From Acidobacteriota bacterium (lineage in GTDB: Bacteria > Acidobacteriota > UBA6911 > RPQK01 > JAJDTT01): DNA of 64,000 nucleotides. Made by a program: the position numbers and the translations under genes. The stretch lies in assembly GCA_965263035.1 (NCBI GenBank), contig OZ253580.1:2400001-2464000 (forward strand). The letters run 5' to 3'. Shown here in pieces: positions 18,802-29,077 of the stretch (the first letter of the stretch is position 1; the number at the start of each line of letters is the position of its first letter). The notes below the pieces were generated by a model, which saw nothing but the letters and a program-made list of their open reading frames with translations, searched no databases and had not been told where the DNA came from.

Positions 18802-20001
18802 TCAAAAGTGCTCGCTGCACCAGGGAGGGACGTCGACCCGGAACATGGCGTCCGCTTCGCTGAGTTTCTTCGAGTTGCGGGTATGAACCCGGCCCGCGCG
18901 GGACAGGGTGCGGAAGCTCACGCCGCCGAGGTAGGCGGCGCCCAGCTCGTTGGCCGTCAGTTCCAGGTCCGGCTGGCGTGTGGTCGGACGGCAGGTGGCT
19001 CCGTCCGGCCCTCCTTCCAGCTCGAAGCGGCCCCGGTTCCAAGGACAGCTTGCGTCCTCCAACTCCAAGACCAATCTGCCCGATGAAGCGTACCGGCGAG
19101 CGGAAAGAGCCGCCGGAGCGTCCACCAGCCGAAGCCAGAGAGAGTCGCAGGGAGAGCGCTTCAGGTGACGCGGGTCCGCCAGCATCCAGAGCAGGGGGTC
19201 CTGCAGGGGGCGGTGGCGAGCTCGGATGGTGGTCATCAGGTCCACTCCGAAGCAGAACTGCCAAAGCGCTCTCTGAGCCCGCGAGTTGAGGCCGCACAGT
19301 TCCTCCACCGCGACAGTTTGATCCCGGTGCCGGATCCGGTAGAAAACGTAGCCTTCCACGCTGGATCCGTCTCGATACGCGGCGTGGATCAACCGGGTTG
19401 CATCCCGGCAGCCCCGATCCTGGGGGTCGCCCAGCGCCAGTTCCCAGCGCGCGGCTCTACGATGGACGGTCCCCACCCGCCGGGACAGGGACTCCTCATG
19501 AATCCGGGGAAAGAGATCCAAGGCCTCGGACCGGGAGACGAAATCCACCCGTCCCGCCCCGGAGTCACTGGGAATCAGCTGCGTCCGCAGCCGGTCTATG
19601 GCCCAAGATTCGTGGAACGTGGCCATCCCGTATCCGAAGCGCCCGTAAATGATGCTCTCGGAGGCGTAGAGACCGGTGAGAGGATCCCCTCGTTCATGCA
19701 TGTCCCGGAGCTGGCGGTTCATCATCCGGGTCATGATCCCCCGCCGCCGATGCGTGGGCTGGACCGTCACCCCGGCCAGCGCCGCCATGGGGAGCCAGCC
19801 GCCCGGGACCCGCATCCGGAAGGAGTGGACGTTGATGGTGCCGACGATCCGCCCCGAGTCGTACGCGGCCAGTGAACGGTCCAATTCCACCGGAGTGCGG
19901 AGGATCTGAGATTCCGGGATGCTGAACCCGAAACCGCTGACCTTGGCGCGGATCCAGGCGGGATAGTCGTCGGCGGTGACGTTCCTCAATTCGATGCTCA
20001 T
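18802..20001 (-). CDS. Eis-family GNAT acetyltransferase with SCP2-like C-terminus
   Basis: VTVQPTHRRRGI, LYASESIIYGRFGYG, LWLRLVD, AYLGG; start overlaps the upstream stop. Confidence 0.9.
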   Translation of the reverse strand: MSIELRNVTADDYPAWIRAKVSGFGFSIPESQILRTPVELDRSLAAYDSGRIVGTINVHSFRMRVPGGWLPMAALAGVTVQPTHRRRGIMTRMMNRQLRDMHERGDPLTGLYASESIIYGRFGYGMATFHESWAIDRLRTQLIPSDSGAGRVDFVSRSEALDLFPRIHEESLSRRVGTVHRRAARWELALGDPQDRGCRDATRLIHAAYRDGSSVEGYVFYRIRHRDQTVAVEELCGLNSRAQRALWQFCFGVDLMTTIRARHRPLQDPLLWMLADPRHLKRSPCDSLWLRLVDAPAALSARRYASSGRLVLELEDASCPWNRGRFELEGGPDGATCRPTTRQPDLELTANELGAAYLGGVSFRTLSRAGRVHTRNSKKLSEADAMFRVDVPPWCSEHF

Positions 20002-22214
20002 TCCGACTCCGGCATGAGTTTCACTTCGACCCCGAACCGGCCGAATCGATTCTGATCTCCCTCCAACTCGAAGGTCAGGATCTTCTCGGGGCGAGACCTG
20101 CAGACCAGGACCCGCGTCCAATCCCGGACCCGAACGGTGACTCGATAGTCCCGCTCGGGAAGGACGTTGTAAAGGCAGAGGCCGTGGCGGCGAATCAACT
20201 GCAGATCCAGGGTGACCGTGGAGTCGGCGGCGGCGTAGACGGCGTTCAAGATCTGAAGCCCCTTGGAGTTGGCGTTCAGAAGCAGCGGACAGTCCGGGGG
20301 CGGCGGCCCCAACCGGAGGGTCACCTGGTCTCCGGGGTCCAGGGGAGGCGGCGTGAAGTAGTGTCCATCCACGATGTGAATGTAGTTCAGACCGGCTGCC
20401 GAGACCCCTTCCACGGGAACGTCGGTTTCCACCATGAAGCCTTCCAGGCGCCGGCTGGCGGGGTTGGCCAGGGTCACGCTCTCGGGCGAGTTCGCACGGA
20501 AGCGGAAGGACTCATAGTCGTTCATGCTCTCGTACAGCATCTTCTCGCTGGCCAGCCAGAAGCCGAGACGCTCGGCGCGAGTGATGGCGTAGATCAGGTA
20601 GTCCAGGGTTCCTCGCCCCTGGTTGACGCTGGCGTCGGCGCTGAAGAGAGGATGGTATTGCAGCGTGTAGACTCCGTTGTCCAACCAGTAGGGGTCTTTT
20701 TCACCTTCGCCCGAACCCAGTTCGAACTCCCAGGGAGGCTTTCGCGTGGTGGCTTCCTGAGCCGGGGAGGGGGCTTTCCCATGCCGGCCCGAGTAGATGA
20801 GGTCCACCAGGCGGTAGTCGCAGTCGTATTCGTGGGTCCGATCCCAACCCCGCAGGGCCTGGTGCTTCTCCACGCTGGTCATGACCGGGTGATAGGGGAA
20901 CCAGAAACCGGAGCTGGCCACGGTGTAGCCGCCGTCGGTCTGGTAGGCGTGCTCGCCATACTCCCACATGTTGTAGAAGCAGAAAGTGCAGGTTCCCAAG
21001 ACATGGGGGACGCGCTCGTACAGGTAATCCATGGCGTCCAGGGTCTCCGGGTGGGCGTGGGAGCCGCCGTGCCGTCCGCAGGTGTACACTCGTATTCCCA
21101 GACGCTCCTCCGAAATCCGAACGTGGTCGTAGAGCCCCTTTCCCACCAGATAGGTGGGGGGACCGCCGTCCTGGCTGTCGTTGTGAAGCCCCGCCTCCAG
21201 GAACTCGTACTTGCCGACCTCGCGAACCCAGAGCCGGGACTGCTCCTCGGTGGCGGAATCGGCTGCAATGACCGGGTCCAGAATGTCCCAGCTGGCCGGC
21301 ACCAGGTTGGCCGCTTCGTACTCCAGCATGGCGAGGTCGGCCGAATTGTCCACGTCGTGCCGCAGGGAGAGGACGCCCCGGTAGCTGCCGAACGCGCGCA
21401 GCCGGGAGGAGGGCAGTCCCTGGTTCCGTTCCTTCAGGAGCCGGGCCAGGAAGTAGACCAGCGTGTCTCCCCAGTGGACCGGATTGTTCCAGTTCCGGAT
21501 CTCGTCCACGTAAAGGTGAGCCTGCAGCACCCCGCCCAGAAATTCGAAGACCTGATTGGCCACGTAGAGGGTGTTGCCGGCGAGGACGATCCCGGCGCCC
21601 AACCGGTTTCGGGTGGCGGTCGAGGCGTTCCGGAGGTCTCCCGTGATCTCGTAGAGACCGGCTGGCACTTCTGCGCCGGCGGCGGCCTCGACTCGATGAA
21701 CGGCCGCGCCGCGAGCACCCGAGACGTAGAGATCATCCCAGGTGGACGTGTCGCCGAACGGGGAGCCGGCGGTCCAACCCCAGCCGCTGTATCCCTGAGG
21801 CCGCTCCAGCCGGGATCGCTCCAGACCCAGGAGCGAGTCGGGGAGATTGGTCCTGCCCGTGACCATGAGGAAGAAGTCCGGGTCCCGGAGCCGCTCCCGG
21901 ATCCGGGCAACGGTGCTCTCCTCCAGGCGGGCGGCATTGGGAACCACGAGAGTCTGATACTCCCGGATCGAATCCCGCAGCTCCTCCTCGTTGACGGTAT
22001 CGTGCTTCAAGTTCAGCCGGTTGAGGAACGCGGAGCCGGCGTTCGGCGCCAGATAGGCGTACTCCCCCTTGAGCCAGCGGGCCCGCTCGCCCCAGGCATC
22101 GGTGAACTCGTAGATCTGGTCACGCGCCAGGGCCTCCTGGACGTAGAGCTGCCGCGAGCTCTCGCTCTTGAGCAGGGCGATGTTCTGGTGCAGGTTCGGT
22201 GGCATGTCGGTCAC
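19998..22214 (-). CDS. hypothetical protein with central polysaccharide-deacetylase (NodB)-like domain
   Basis: LSLRHDVD, EAGLH, GRHG, YHP motifs; operonic with neighbours. Confidence 0.6.
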   Translation of the reverse strand: MTDMPPNLHQNIALLKSESSRQLYVQEALARDQIYEFTDAWGERARWLKGEYAYLAPNAGSAFLNRLNLKHDTVNEEELRDSIREYQTLVVPNAARLEESTVARIRERLRDPDFFLMVTGRTNLPDSLLGLERSRLERPQGYSGWGWTAGSPFGDTSTWDDLYVSGARGAAVHRVEAAAGAEVPAGLYEITGDLRNASTATRNRLGAGIVLAGNTLYVANQVFEFLGGVLQAHLYVDEIRNWNNPVHWGDTLVYFLARLLKERNQGLPSSRLRAFGSYRGVLSLRHDVDNSADLAMLEYEAANLVPASWDILDPVIAADSATEEQSRLWVREVGKYEFLEAGLHNDSQDGGPPTYLVGKGLYDHVRISEERLGIRVYTCGRHGGSHAHPETLDAMDYLYERVPHVLGTCTFCFYNMWEYGEHAYQTDGGYTVASSGFWFPYHPVMTSVEKHQALRGWDRTHEYDCDYRLVDLIYSGRHGKAPSPAQEATTRKPPWEFELGSGEGEKDPYWLDNGVYTLQYHPLFSADASVNQGRGTLDYLIYAITRAERLGFWLASEKMLYESMNDYESFRFRANSPESVTLANPASRRLEGFMVETDVPVEGVSAAGLNYIHIVDGHYFTPPPLDPGDQVTLRLGPPPPDCPLLLNANSKGLQILNAVYAAADSTVTLDLQLIRRHGLCLYNVLPERDYRVTVRVRDWTRVLVCRSRPEKILTFELEGDQNRFGRFGVEVKLMPESE

Positions 22215-22248
22215 TCCTGATCGCAGCTCCCGGCGAGGGAGGGTTTTT

Positions 22249-23103
22249 TCAGATTTTCAGCCGCGGGTCCAGGGCGTCCCGGAACCCGTCCCCGAGAAAA
22301 TTTACGCTCAACAGGCTCACGAAAATCAAGAGACCCGGGAAGATGGCCAACCAGGGGGCGACCTTCAGGTAATGCTGGGCGTTGAGCAGCATGTTGCCCC
22401 AACTGGGAAGGGGAGGCTGGATGCCCAGCCCCAGGTAGCTGAGGCTGGACTCGGCCAGGATGGCGTAGCCCAGGTTGAGGGTGGCGTAGACGATGATGGG
22501 GGCCATGGTGTTGGGCAGGATGTGCCGCAGAATGATTCTCCAGTGGGGACTCCCCACCACCCGGGCCGAGTCCACGAACTGCATTTCCCGCAGCGAGAGG
22601 AAGGAGCCGCGAACGATGCGCGCCAGGCTCATCCACCCGAAGATCACCAGGATGCCGACGATCTCCCAGACGGTCCCCTTCCCCAGGCGGGAAAGGATCA
22701 GGAGCAGGGGCAGGCTGGGAATGGAGAGCATGAGGTCGGTGAAACGCATCAGCAGGGTGTCGATGAAGCCTCCATAGTATCCCGAGACGGCGCCGATGAG
22801 GATGCCGGCCAGGGCGCTCAGAAGGGCTGCCGAGAGACCCACGAAGAGGGAGACGCGCCCTCCCTGCAGCAGCCGCGTCAGGACGTCGCGGCCCAGCTCG
22901 TCCGTCCCCAGCCAGTGGGACGCGGAGGGAGGTTGCAGATGCTGCTGCAGATTGACCCGGCTGTAGCTGTGAGGCGAGAGCCAGGGTCCCAGCAGCGAGG
23001 CCAGGGCGATGACTCCCAGGAGGCTCAACGAGACCATGGCCAGGCGATGCCGGCGGAGCCTCTGCCAGGCGGTGACGCCCGATCGGGTTCGAGACGGTTC
23101 CAT
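22249..23103 (-). CDS. oppC: peptide ABC transporter permease
   Basis: HWLGTDELGRD, RHILPN, ESSLSYLGLG. Confidence 0.9.
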   Translation of the reverse strand: MEPSRTRSGVTAWQRLRRHRLAMVSLSLLGVIALASLLGPWLSPHSYSRVNLQQHLQPPSASHWLGTDELGRDVLTRLLQGGRVSLFVGLSAALLSALAGILIGAVSGYYGGFIDTLLMRFTDLMLSIPSLPLLLILSRLGKGTVWEIVGILVIFGWMSLARIVRGSFLSLREMQFVDSARVVGSPHWRIILRHILPNTMAPIIVYATLNLGYAILAESSLSYLGLGIQPPLPSWGNMLLNAQHYLKVAPWLAIFPGLLIFVSLLSVNFLGDGFRDALDPRLKI

Positions 23104-23116
23104 GGTCGGCGGTTAC

Positions 23117-23274
23117 CAGTCCGTGGTGAAAGTCCCGCGAGCACCGAGACCGTTCCTGCGCCCGCCGGACAAGGCGCGATGAGGGAGCATACCCGGAGTA
23201 TGTGACCGAGTCGCAACGCAGTCCGCCGGGATGCAGGGACGGTCGAATGCCGTGACGACTTTTACCACGGGCTG
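23117..23274. mobile_element. 158-bp MITE with terminal inverted repeats and TTAC target duplication
   Basis: Ends CAGTCCGTGGTGAAAGTC / GACTTTTACCACGGGCTG; TTAC at 23113-23116 and 23275-23278. Confidence 0.85.
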
Positions 23275-24231
23275 TTACTCCATTCGGATCCTGGGGTCCA
23301 GAAAGGCGTAGGCCACTTCGGCCAGGAGATTGAACAGGGCCACCAGCACCCCGAAGATGAGGAAGATGGCCATGGCCAGGTAGTAGTCGTTGTTCATCAG
23401 GGAATCGAAGATCAACCTCCCCATGCCGGGCCAGGAGAAGACGATCTCGGTCACCACCGCTCCGCCGATCAGGGCGGGAATGGTCAGGGCGATCAGGGTC
23501 ACGATGGGAATCAGCGCGTTCCGGAGGGCGTGGCGCAACCAGATCATCCTTCCCGGAAGACCCTTGGCCCGGGCCGTCAGAATGTAGTCCTGGCGGATCA
23601 CCTCCAGCAGGCTGGAGCGCATGTAGCGCATCCAGCTGGCGGTGCTGAAGAAGCTCAGCACCAGAACCGGGGCGACGTAGTACCGGGCCTGCCCCCAGAA
23701 GCCCAGACCCGGCTCGATGGAGGGATGCCCTCCCGGCGGCAGCCAGCCGAGAACCACCGAGAAGAGGAGAATCACCAGAATCCCGGACCAGAACACGGGA
23801 AAGGAGATCCCCACGAAGGCGACCAGCGAGAGCAGATAATCCACCAGGGAATATTGGCGCAGAGCGCTGTAGACCCCGATGGGAATGGCGATGAGGATGC
23901 TCACCAGGAGGCTGAGGCCGGTCAGGGCCAGGGTGTTGGCCAGACGTTGGGGAAGAATACTGGTAATGGGACGATGGTAGAGACGGGAGTAGCCCAGGTT
24001 CCCCTGAACCACCTGTGACAACCAGCGGAAGTATTGGACATAAATCGGATCGTCCAGGCCATAGACCTCCCTCAACCGCTGCACTTCCTCCGGAGTCACG
24101 TTGGGATTGGACAGCACCAGCATGTCCATGGGGTCCCCGGGCACCAGTTGCATCAAGCTGAAGACGACGACGGTCACGAAGAAGACCACCGGAATGGTCT
24201 GCGCCGCCCGCTTCAGCAAGTGTCGATACAT
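23275..24231 (-). CDS. oppB: peptide ABC transporter permease
   Basis: PGDP, YILTARAKGL, HALRNALIP, FSWPGMG. Confidence 0.92.
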   Translation of the reverse strand: MYRHLLKRAAQTIPVVFFVTVVVFSLMQLVPGDPMDMLVLSNPNVTPEEVQRLREVYGLDDPIYVQYFRWLSQVVQGNLGYSRLYHRPITSILPQRLANTLALTGLSLLVSILIAIPIGVYSALRQYSLVDYLLSLVAFVGISFPVFWSGILVILLFSVVLGWLPPGGHPSIEPGLGFWGQARYYVAPVLVLSFFSTASWMRYMRSSLLEVIRQDYILTARAKGLPGRMIWLRHALRNALIPIVTLIALTIPALIGGAVVTEIVFSWPGMGRLIFDSLMNNDYYLAMAIFLIFGVLVALFNLLAEVAYAFLDPRIRME

Positions 24232-26186
24232 CAATCGGCTCCGTCGGGAAATCCCAAATCCCACACCGAAGAGCGAGGAGAGCCGACCCACGACCCAACC
24301 GGATCACCCCCAGAGGAAAGCTCTTCTGAGAAACAGAGGAAAGAGTGAAGATAGGCGCGTAGTTTACGAGTAGCCGGCACCTCAACCGAAATGATCTCTT
24401 CGGGGAAGATGCCGGATTGTTTCGAAGCCTTGTTTCTCCCACGAATCCACCGGGTGCCAGCCGGTGAGGGGGTTTTACTCTTTACGCTTTTCTTTTTTCT
24501 CTTTCCTTCCAACTTCCAGGCTTCGACTCCCCAGCCCAGAAAGAGATCCGGATACGGAGTGTACCCCTCCAGCCTCCGATCCATGCTCACGACCCGGACG
24601 TGCCAGTACAGGGGGAGCGTGGGCAGTTCCCGGACCCAGACTTCCTGTTGCCGGCGCAGCAGGCCATACCGCTGCTCGTCGTCGATGGTGCCCAGCGCCT
24701 GCCGGATCAGATCCTTGTTCTCCTGGACCGCGTCCCAAGGCGACCCTTCCGTCAACTGATCCAGGTTGGTGCCCTTGGGCCACCAGAGCCCGTAGGCCGA
24801 CACCGTGGCTTCGGGCTGGACCACCCAGCGCCAGATGGCCGCGCCACCCGGCGCCAGATTCTGCTTCTGCAGCGTATCCGGGAAGAGCAGCCGTGCCGAC
24901 TGGGGCCGGATCTCCACCTCGATCCCCAACTCCTGCCACAGAGCCTGAACCACCGACGCCACCTGCAACCGGGTCCGGTCCCCCGCCACCGTGATCAGGG
25001 TCAGGCGCATGGGCTCTCCCCGCGCGTTTCGGAGCGGCCCTTCCCCTTCCCGGGACCAACCGGCCTGCTCCAGGAGTCGCCGCGCCCGTTCCGGATCATA
25101 GCGATACTTTTCCAAGTGCGGGTTGTGGGCCGGATGACCGGGATGGACCCAGGAGTGGGCCGGCGGCTGCTTGCCCCGAAAGATCGCCTGGTTGATGCCG
25201 GCCCGGTCGATGGCCAGGAGGAGGGCCCGCCGCACCCTGAGGTCGTCGAAAGGCGGATGGTTGATCTGCACTGTGACATGTTCCAGCCAGGCCACTCCCA
25301 CGTATCGGATCCCGATTCCGGGACTCTCCTCCAATTCCCGGGCCTGCTCCAGCGTGAGCCAACCGTCGGTGAGATGGACCTGCCGGGTGGAGACGGCGAT
25401 GGCCAGGGCGTTGAGATCGGGAATCACCCGCACCAGGATCCGCTCCAGGCGGGGCGGCGGGCCCAAATTGTAGGCCGGGTTGCGGACCAGCAGGATATGG
25501 CTGCCCGAGACCCATTCCCGGACCTGGAAGGGGCCGTTGGCCCGCGGATACACGCTGACCCTCTCGTCGGCCAGGAAACGGTCCCAGTAGGCCCCTCCTT
25601 CGGAACGGTACTGCTCCCAGATGGGACGGTAGTAGTGCTCGGGGATGAGACGCAGCCGGACGTCCGCGTTCCCGAAGGGCCAGAGCGTCTTGTAGACGAC
25701 CCGGAGCGTGTGGGAGTCCAGGGCTTCCACGTCGCCGATGGGCTCCAGGTAGGACGCCCCGTGAGGGTACTGCCCGTCACTCATGAGCTCCCAGGCGAAC
25801 GCGGCGTCGCGGGCGGTGATCTCGGTTCCGTCGGCCCACTGCAGCCCCCGCCGCAGATGGAAGGTGGTCTCCATCACCCCGTTTTCGTGGTCTACCTTCC
25901 AGAGACCGTTCTCCAGGCTGGGCAGCTCCGTACAGAGCACGCAATAGGGTTTTCGCTGGGAATCGATCAAAAGCAGCGGACGCCAGATGAAGGAGCCGAC
26001 GTCGCCCGAGACCATCAGGTTTCCCACGATTCCGAAGAGAGCGTCCGGTTCCTGGGAGACCCCGATCACCAAGGTCTTGTCGGGGTCCGAAATGGGGAGA
26101 TCCGCTTGGCCGCCGCAACCCGGGACGGCCAGACAGGCGAAGGCCGTCAGGAACCAAATACGCAAGGACAGCGGCAACGTCGACAT
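24231..26186 (-). CDS. oppA: peptide ABC transporter substrate-binding lipoprotein with atypical C-terminal extension
   Basis: Lipobox-like AVPGC; SBP family 5 motifs (QWADG.EITARD, NGPFQVREW, VRRALLLAIDR). Confidence 0.85.
   Translation of the reverse strand: MSTLPLSLRIWFLTAFACLAVPGCGGQADLPISDPDKTLVIGVSQEPDALFGIVGNLMVSGDVGSFIWRPLLLIDSQRKPYCVLCTELPSLENGLWKVDHENGVMETTFHLRRGLQWADGTEITARDAAFAWELMSDGQYPHGASYLEPIGDVEALDSHTLRVVYKTLWPFGNADVRLRLIPEHYYRPIWEQYRSEGGAYWDRFLADERVSVYPRANGPFQVREWVSGSHILLVRNPAYNLGPPPRLERILVRVIPDLNALAIAVSTRQVHLTDGWLTLEQARELEESPGIGIRYVGVAWLEHVTVQINHPPFDDLRVRRALLLAIDRAGINQAIFRGKQPPAHSWVHPGHPAHNPHLEKYRYDPERARRLLEQAGWSREGEGPLRNARGEPMRLTLITVAGDRTRLQVASVVQALWQELGIEVEIRPQSARLLFPDTLQKQNLAPGGAAIWRWVVQPEATVSAYGLWWPKGTNLDQLTEGSPWDAVQENKDLIRQALGTIDDEQRYGLLRRQQEVWVRELPTLPLYWHVRVVSMDRRLEGYTPYPDLFLGWGVEAWKLEGKRKKKSVKSKTPSPAGTRWIRGRNKASKQSGIFPEEIISVEVPATRKLRAYLHSFLCFSEELSSGGDPVGSWVGSPRSSVWDLGFPDGAD
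24341..24470 (-). repeat. ~125 bp diverged repeat (family C), copy 2, inside the oppA 3' extension
   Basis: Homologous to 8853-8976. Confidence 0.75.
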
Positions 26187-26256
26187 CTGCAGTTCCTGAC
26201 TCCCGTCTTGCCCGAGCGGGCCTCGCGGCGGTATATTGGCCGCCTCCATGGCCGGG

Positions 26257-26416
26257 CAGTCCGTGGTGAAAGTCCCGCGAGCACCGAGACTGTTCCTGCG
26301 CCCGCCGGACCAGGCGCAACGGAGGGAGCATACCGAGAGTATGTGACCGACTCGCAACGCAGTCCGCGCACGATGCAGGGACGGTCGAATGCCGTGAGGA
26401 CTTTTGCCACGGGCTG
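26257..26416. mobile_element. 160-bp MITE, second full copy
   Basis: Closely similar to 23117-23274 with the same TIRs; no clear TSD; between divergent oppA and oppD. Confidence 0.85.
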
Positions 26417-26463
26417 CCATGGTCAACCGTCCCGCGTAGACGCGCGGCTGGGGATCCGCACCT

Positions 26464-27450
26464 GTGACTCACCTGCTGGAAGTAAAACGGTTGAGTGCTC
26501 GCTACTACACCCCCGGCGGCGTGGTTCGAGCCGTCGACTCCATCTCCTACTCTCTGGATCAGGGAGAGACCCTGGGGCTGGTGGGCGAGAGCGGCTGCGG
26601 CAAGAGCGCCAGCGCCCTGTGCCTGCTCAGACTGCTGCCCGACCCTCCGGGCAAGATCGTGGGAGGCGAGATCCTCTTCGACGGACGAGACCTGCTGAAG
26701 CTCAGCCACCAGGAGATGCGCAAGGTCCGCTGGTCCGAGATCGCCATGGTCTTTCAGGACCCGCTGGCTTCCCTCAACCCCGTCCTGACCATAGGCTTCC
26801 AGATCCAGGAGGTATTGCGGTTGCACGAGGGGATGACCTACCGGCAGTCCCGGGACCGGGCCCGTGAGCTTCTGGCCCTCGTGGGAATCCCCGACCCGAA
26901 GAGCCGGCTGGACCAGTACCCGCACGAGTTCTCCGGAGGCATGCGGCAGCGGGCCATGATCGCCATGGCCCTGGCCTGCAACCCCCGGCTTCTGATCGCG
27001 GACGAACCGACGACCGCGCTGGACGTGACCCTCCAGGCCCAGATCGTGGATCTGGTCAAGGAACTTCAGCAGCAGTTGGGGATGGCGGTGATCTGGATCA
27101 GCCACGACCTGGGAGTGATCGCCCGGCTGGCCCAGCGGGTGATGGTCATGTACGCCGGCGCCATCGTGGAGGAGGCCGAGGTCCGAGCCCTCTACTATAC
27201 TCCCCGTCATCCCTATACCAGGGGTTTGCTCCAGGCCACTCCCCACGCCGGAGCCGGGAGGGAGCGTCTGGTTTCCATTCCCGGCCAGCCGCCAGACCTG
27301 ATCGAAGAGCTTCCGGGCTGTCCCTTCGCTCCGCGGTGCGAGCACACCGTGGAACGGTGCCGGCAGGAGGTCCCCGTTCTGGAGCCGGTGGGGCCGGCTC
27401 ACTGGGTGTCCTGCTGCCGGAAGGACGAGTTGGCGGGAGGTGCCGGTTGA
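26464..27450 (+). CDS. oppD: peptide ABC transporter ATPase
   Basis: [34 protein letters not shown]. Confidence 0.92.
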   Translation: MTHLLEVKRLSARYYTPGGVVRAVDSISYSLDQGETLGLVGESGCGKSASALCLLRLLPDPPGKIVGGEILFDGRDLLKLSHQEMRKVRWSEIAMVFQDPLASLNPVLTIGFQIQEVLRLHEGMTYRQSRDRARELLALVGIPDPKSRLDQYPHEFSGGMRQRAMIAMALACNPRLLIADEPTTALDVTLQAQIVDLVKELQQQLGMAVIWISHDLGVIARLAQRVMVMYAGAIVEEAEVRALYYTPRHPYTRGLLQATPHAGAGRERLVSIPGQPPDLIEELPGCPFAPRCEHTVERCRQEVPVLEPVGPAHWVSCCRKDELAGGAG

Positions 27451-28433
27451 CTGTCCCGGACGCGCCGGAGCTGGTGCGGGTGGAAGGACTCAAGCAGTAC
27501 TATCCAGTGAACCGGGGCGTCCTGTTCCGGCGCCAGGTGGGTGCGGTGCGCGCCGTCGACGGCATCTCTTTCCTCATTCGTAAAGGAGAGACACTGGGGC
27601 TGGTGGGAGAGAGCGGTTGCGGCAAGTCCAGCACCGGGCGGGCCATCCTGCAACTGCAGCGTCCCACCGCCGGACGGGTTTTCCTGGACGGCGTGGAGCT
27701 GACCGAACTCAAAGGCCGGGCCCTGAGGCGCATGCGCCGCCGGATGCAGATGATTTTTCAGGATCCGTACGCCTCTCTGAACCCCCGGATGACGGCGGGA
27801 CAGATCCTGTCCGAACCGCTGGAGATCCATCAGCTGGCCCGGGGCCGCCGAAAAGAGAGGGTGCGGGAGCTCCTGGAGCTGGTGGGACTCAACCGCGGCT
27901 ACGCCGACCGCTATCCTCACGAGTTCTCCGGCGGCCAGCGCCAGAGGATCGGCATCGCCCGGGCCCTGGCCCTGCAGCCCGACTTCATTATCTGCGACGA
28001 GCCGGTTTCGTCTCTGGACGTCTCGATTCAGGCGCAGGTCATCAATCTTCTGGGGGATCTTCAGGAGCGGTTCGGTCTGACCTACCTGTTCATCGCCCAC
28101 GACCTGAGCATGGTCCGGCACATCAGCGACCGGGTCGCGGTCATGTATCTGGGCCGGATCGTCGAGCTGGCTGACCGGGATGACCTCTACGAGAGCCCTC
28201 TGCACCCCTACACGCAGGCTCTCATCTCGGCGGTTCCCCTGCCCGATCCCGACCTGGAAACCCGGCGCAGCAGGATCGTCCTGAAGGGAGATCCGCCCGA
28301 CCCGGCAGACCCGCCGGCCGGCTGCAACTTCTGCACCCGCTGCCCGGTTGCCATCGATCGATGCCACCATGAGGACCCCCCGCTCCAGGAGGTTCGACCG
28401 GGCCACTGGGCAGCCTGTCATTTGGTTGCATGA
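27447..28433 (+). CDS. oppF: peptide ABC transporter ATPase
   Basis: [25 protein letters not shown]; TTG start overlapping the oppD stop. Confidence 0.92.
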   Translation: MTVPDAPELVRVEGLKQYYPVNRGVLFRRQVGAVRAVDGISFLIRKGETLGLVGESGCGKSSTGRAILQLQRPTAGRVFLDGVELTELKGRALRRMRRRMQMIFQDPYASLNPRMTAGQILSEPLEIHQLARGRRKERVRELLELVGLNRGYADRYPHEFSGGQRQRIGIARALALQPDFIICDEPVSSLDVSIQAQVINLLGDLQERFGLTYLFIAHDLSMVRHISDRVAVMYLGRIVELADRDDLYESPLHPYTQALISAVPLPDPDLETRRSRIVLKGDPPDPADPPAGCNFCTRCPVAIDRCHHEDPPLQEVRPGHWAACHLVA

Positions 28434-28458
28434 ACGTTCCATCAAGGAGACAAACGTC

Positions 28459-29064
28459 ATGAAGAAACCGATTGGTCTTGCAATTGTTCTGTTTTCGGCC
28501 TCCGTTTCCGTTCCCGGGGTGACCCAAACGTCACAGGCGGAGACGGACGCCATCGCCAGCATCCAGGAGAAAGGGGGGCTGGTGCTGGAAGTCGCCCAGA
28601 ATGACCCCAGCCTCGACATCGCCTTCCATCTGGCCTCGAAACCGGCAGAGGACGGAGACCTGGCGCCCCTGGAGCAGCTCACGAACGTGGTCAGCCTGAA
28701 CCTTCGCAAAACGGCCATCACCGATGCCGGCCTGGCCCACTTGAAGGGACTCAAAACTCTCCAGCGCCTCCACCTGGAGAAGACCGCAATCGCCGACGCC
28801 GGCCTGGAGCAGCTCAAGGACCTCACCAACCTGGTCTACCTGAACCTGTACGAGACGGCAGTCAGTGACGCGGGCCTCCAGCACCTGAAGGGCCTCTCCA
28901 AACTCCGTAAGCTGTTCGTCTGGAAGACCAAGGTGACCCAGGCGGGGGTGGACGGCTTGCGCAAGTCACTGCCCGAGCTGGAAGTGGTCCTGGGCCAGGA
29001 ACTCGCTCCCGATCCTCCCGAGAAGGCGACCGACAAGAAAGAAGAGAAGAAGAAGGCCGACTGA
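28459..29064 (+). CDS. exported leucine-rich repeat protein
   Basis: AAGGAG RBS; signal peptide; 24-aa repeats LxxLxLxxTxITDAGLxHLK. Confidence 0.85.
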   Translation: MKKPIGLAIVLFSASVSVPGVTQTSQAETDAIASIQEKGGLVLEVAQNDPSLDIAFHLASKPAEDGDLAPLEQLTNVVSLNLRKTAITDAGLAHLKGLKTLQRLHLEKTAIADAGLEQLKDLTNLVYLNLYETAVSDAGLQHLKGLSKLRKLFVWKTKVTQAGVDGLRKSLPELEVVLGQELAPDPPEKATDKKEEKKKAD

Positions 29065-29077
29065 GATCCGCCGTGGA

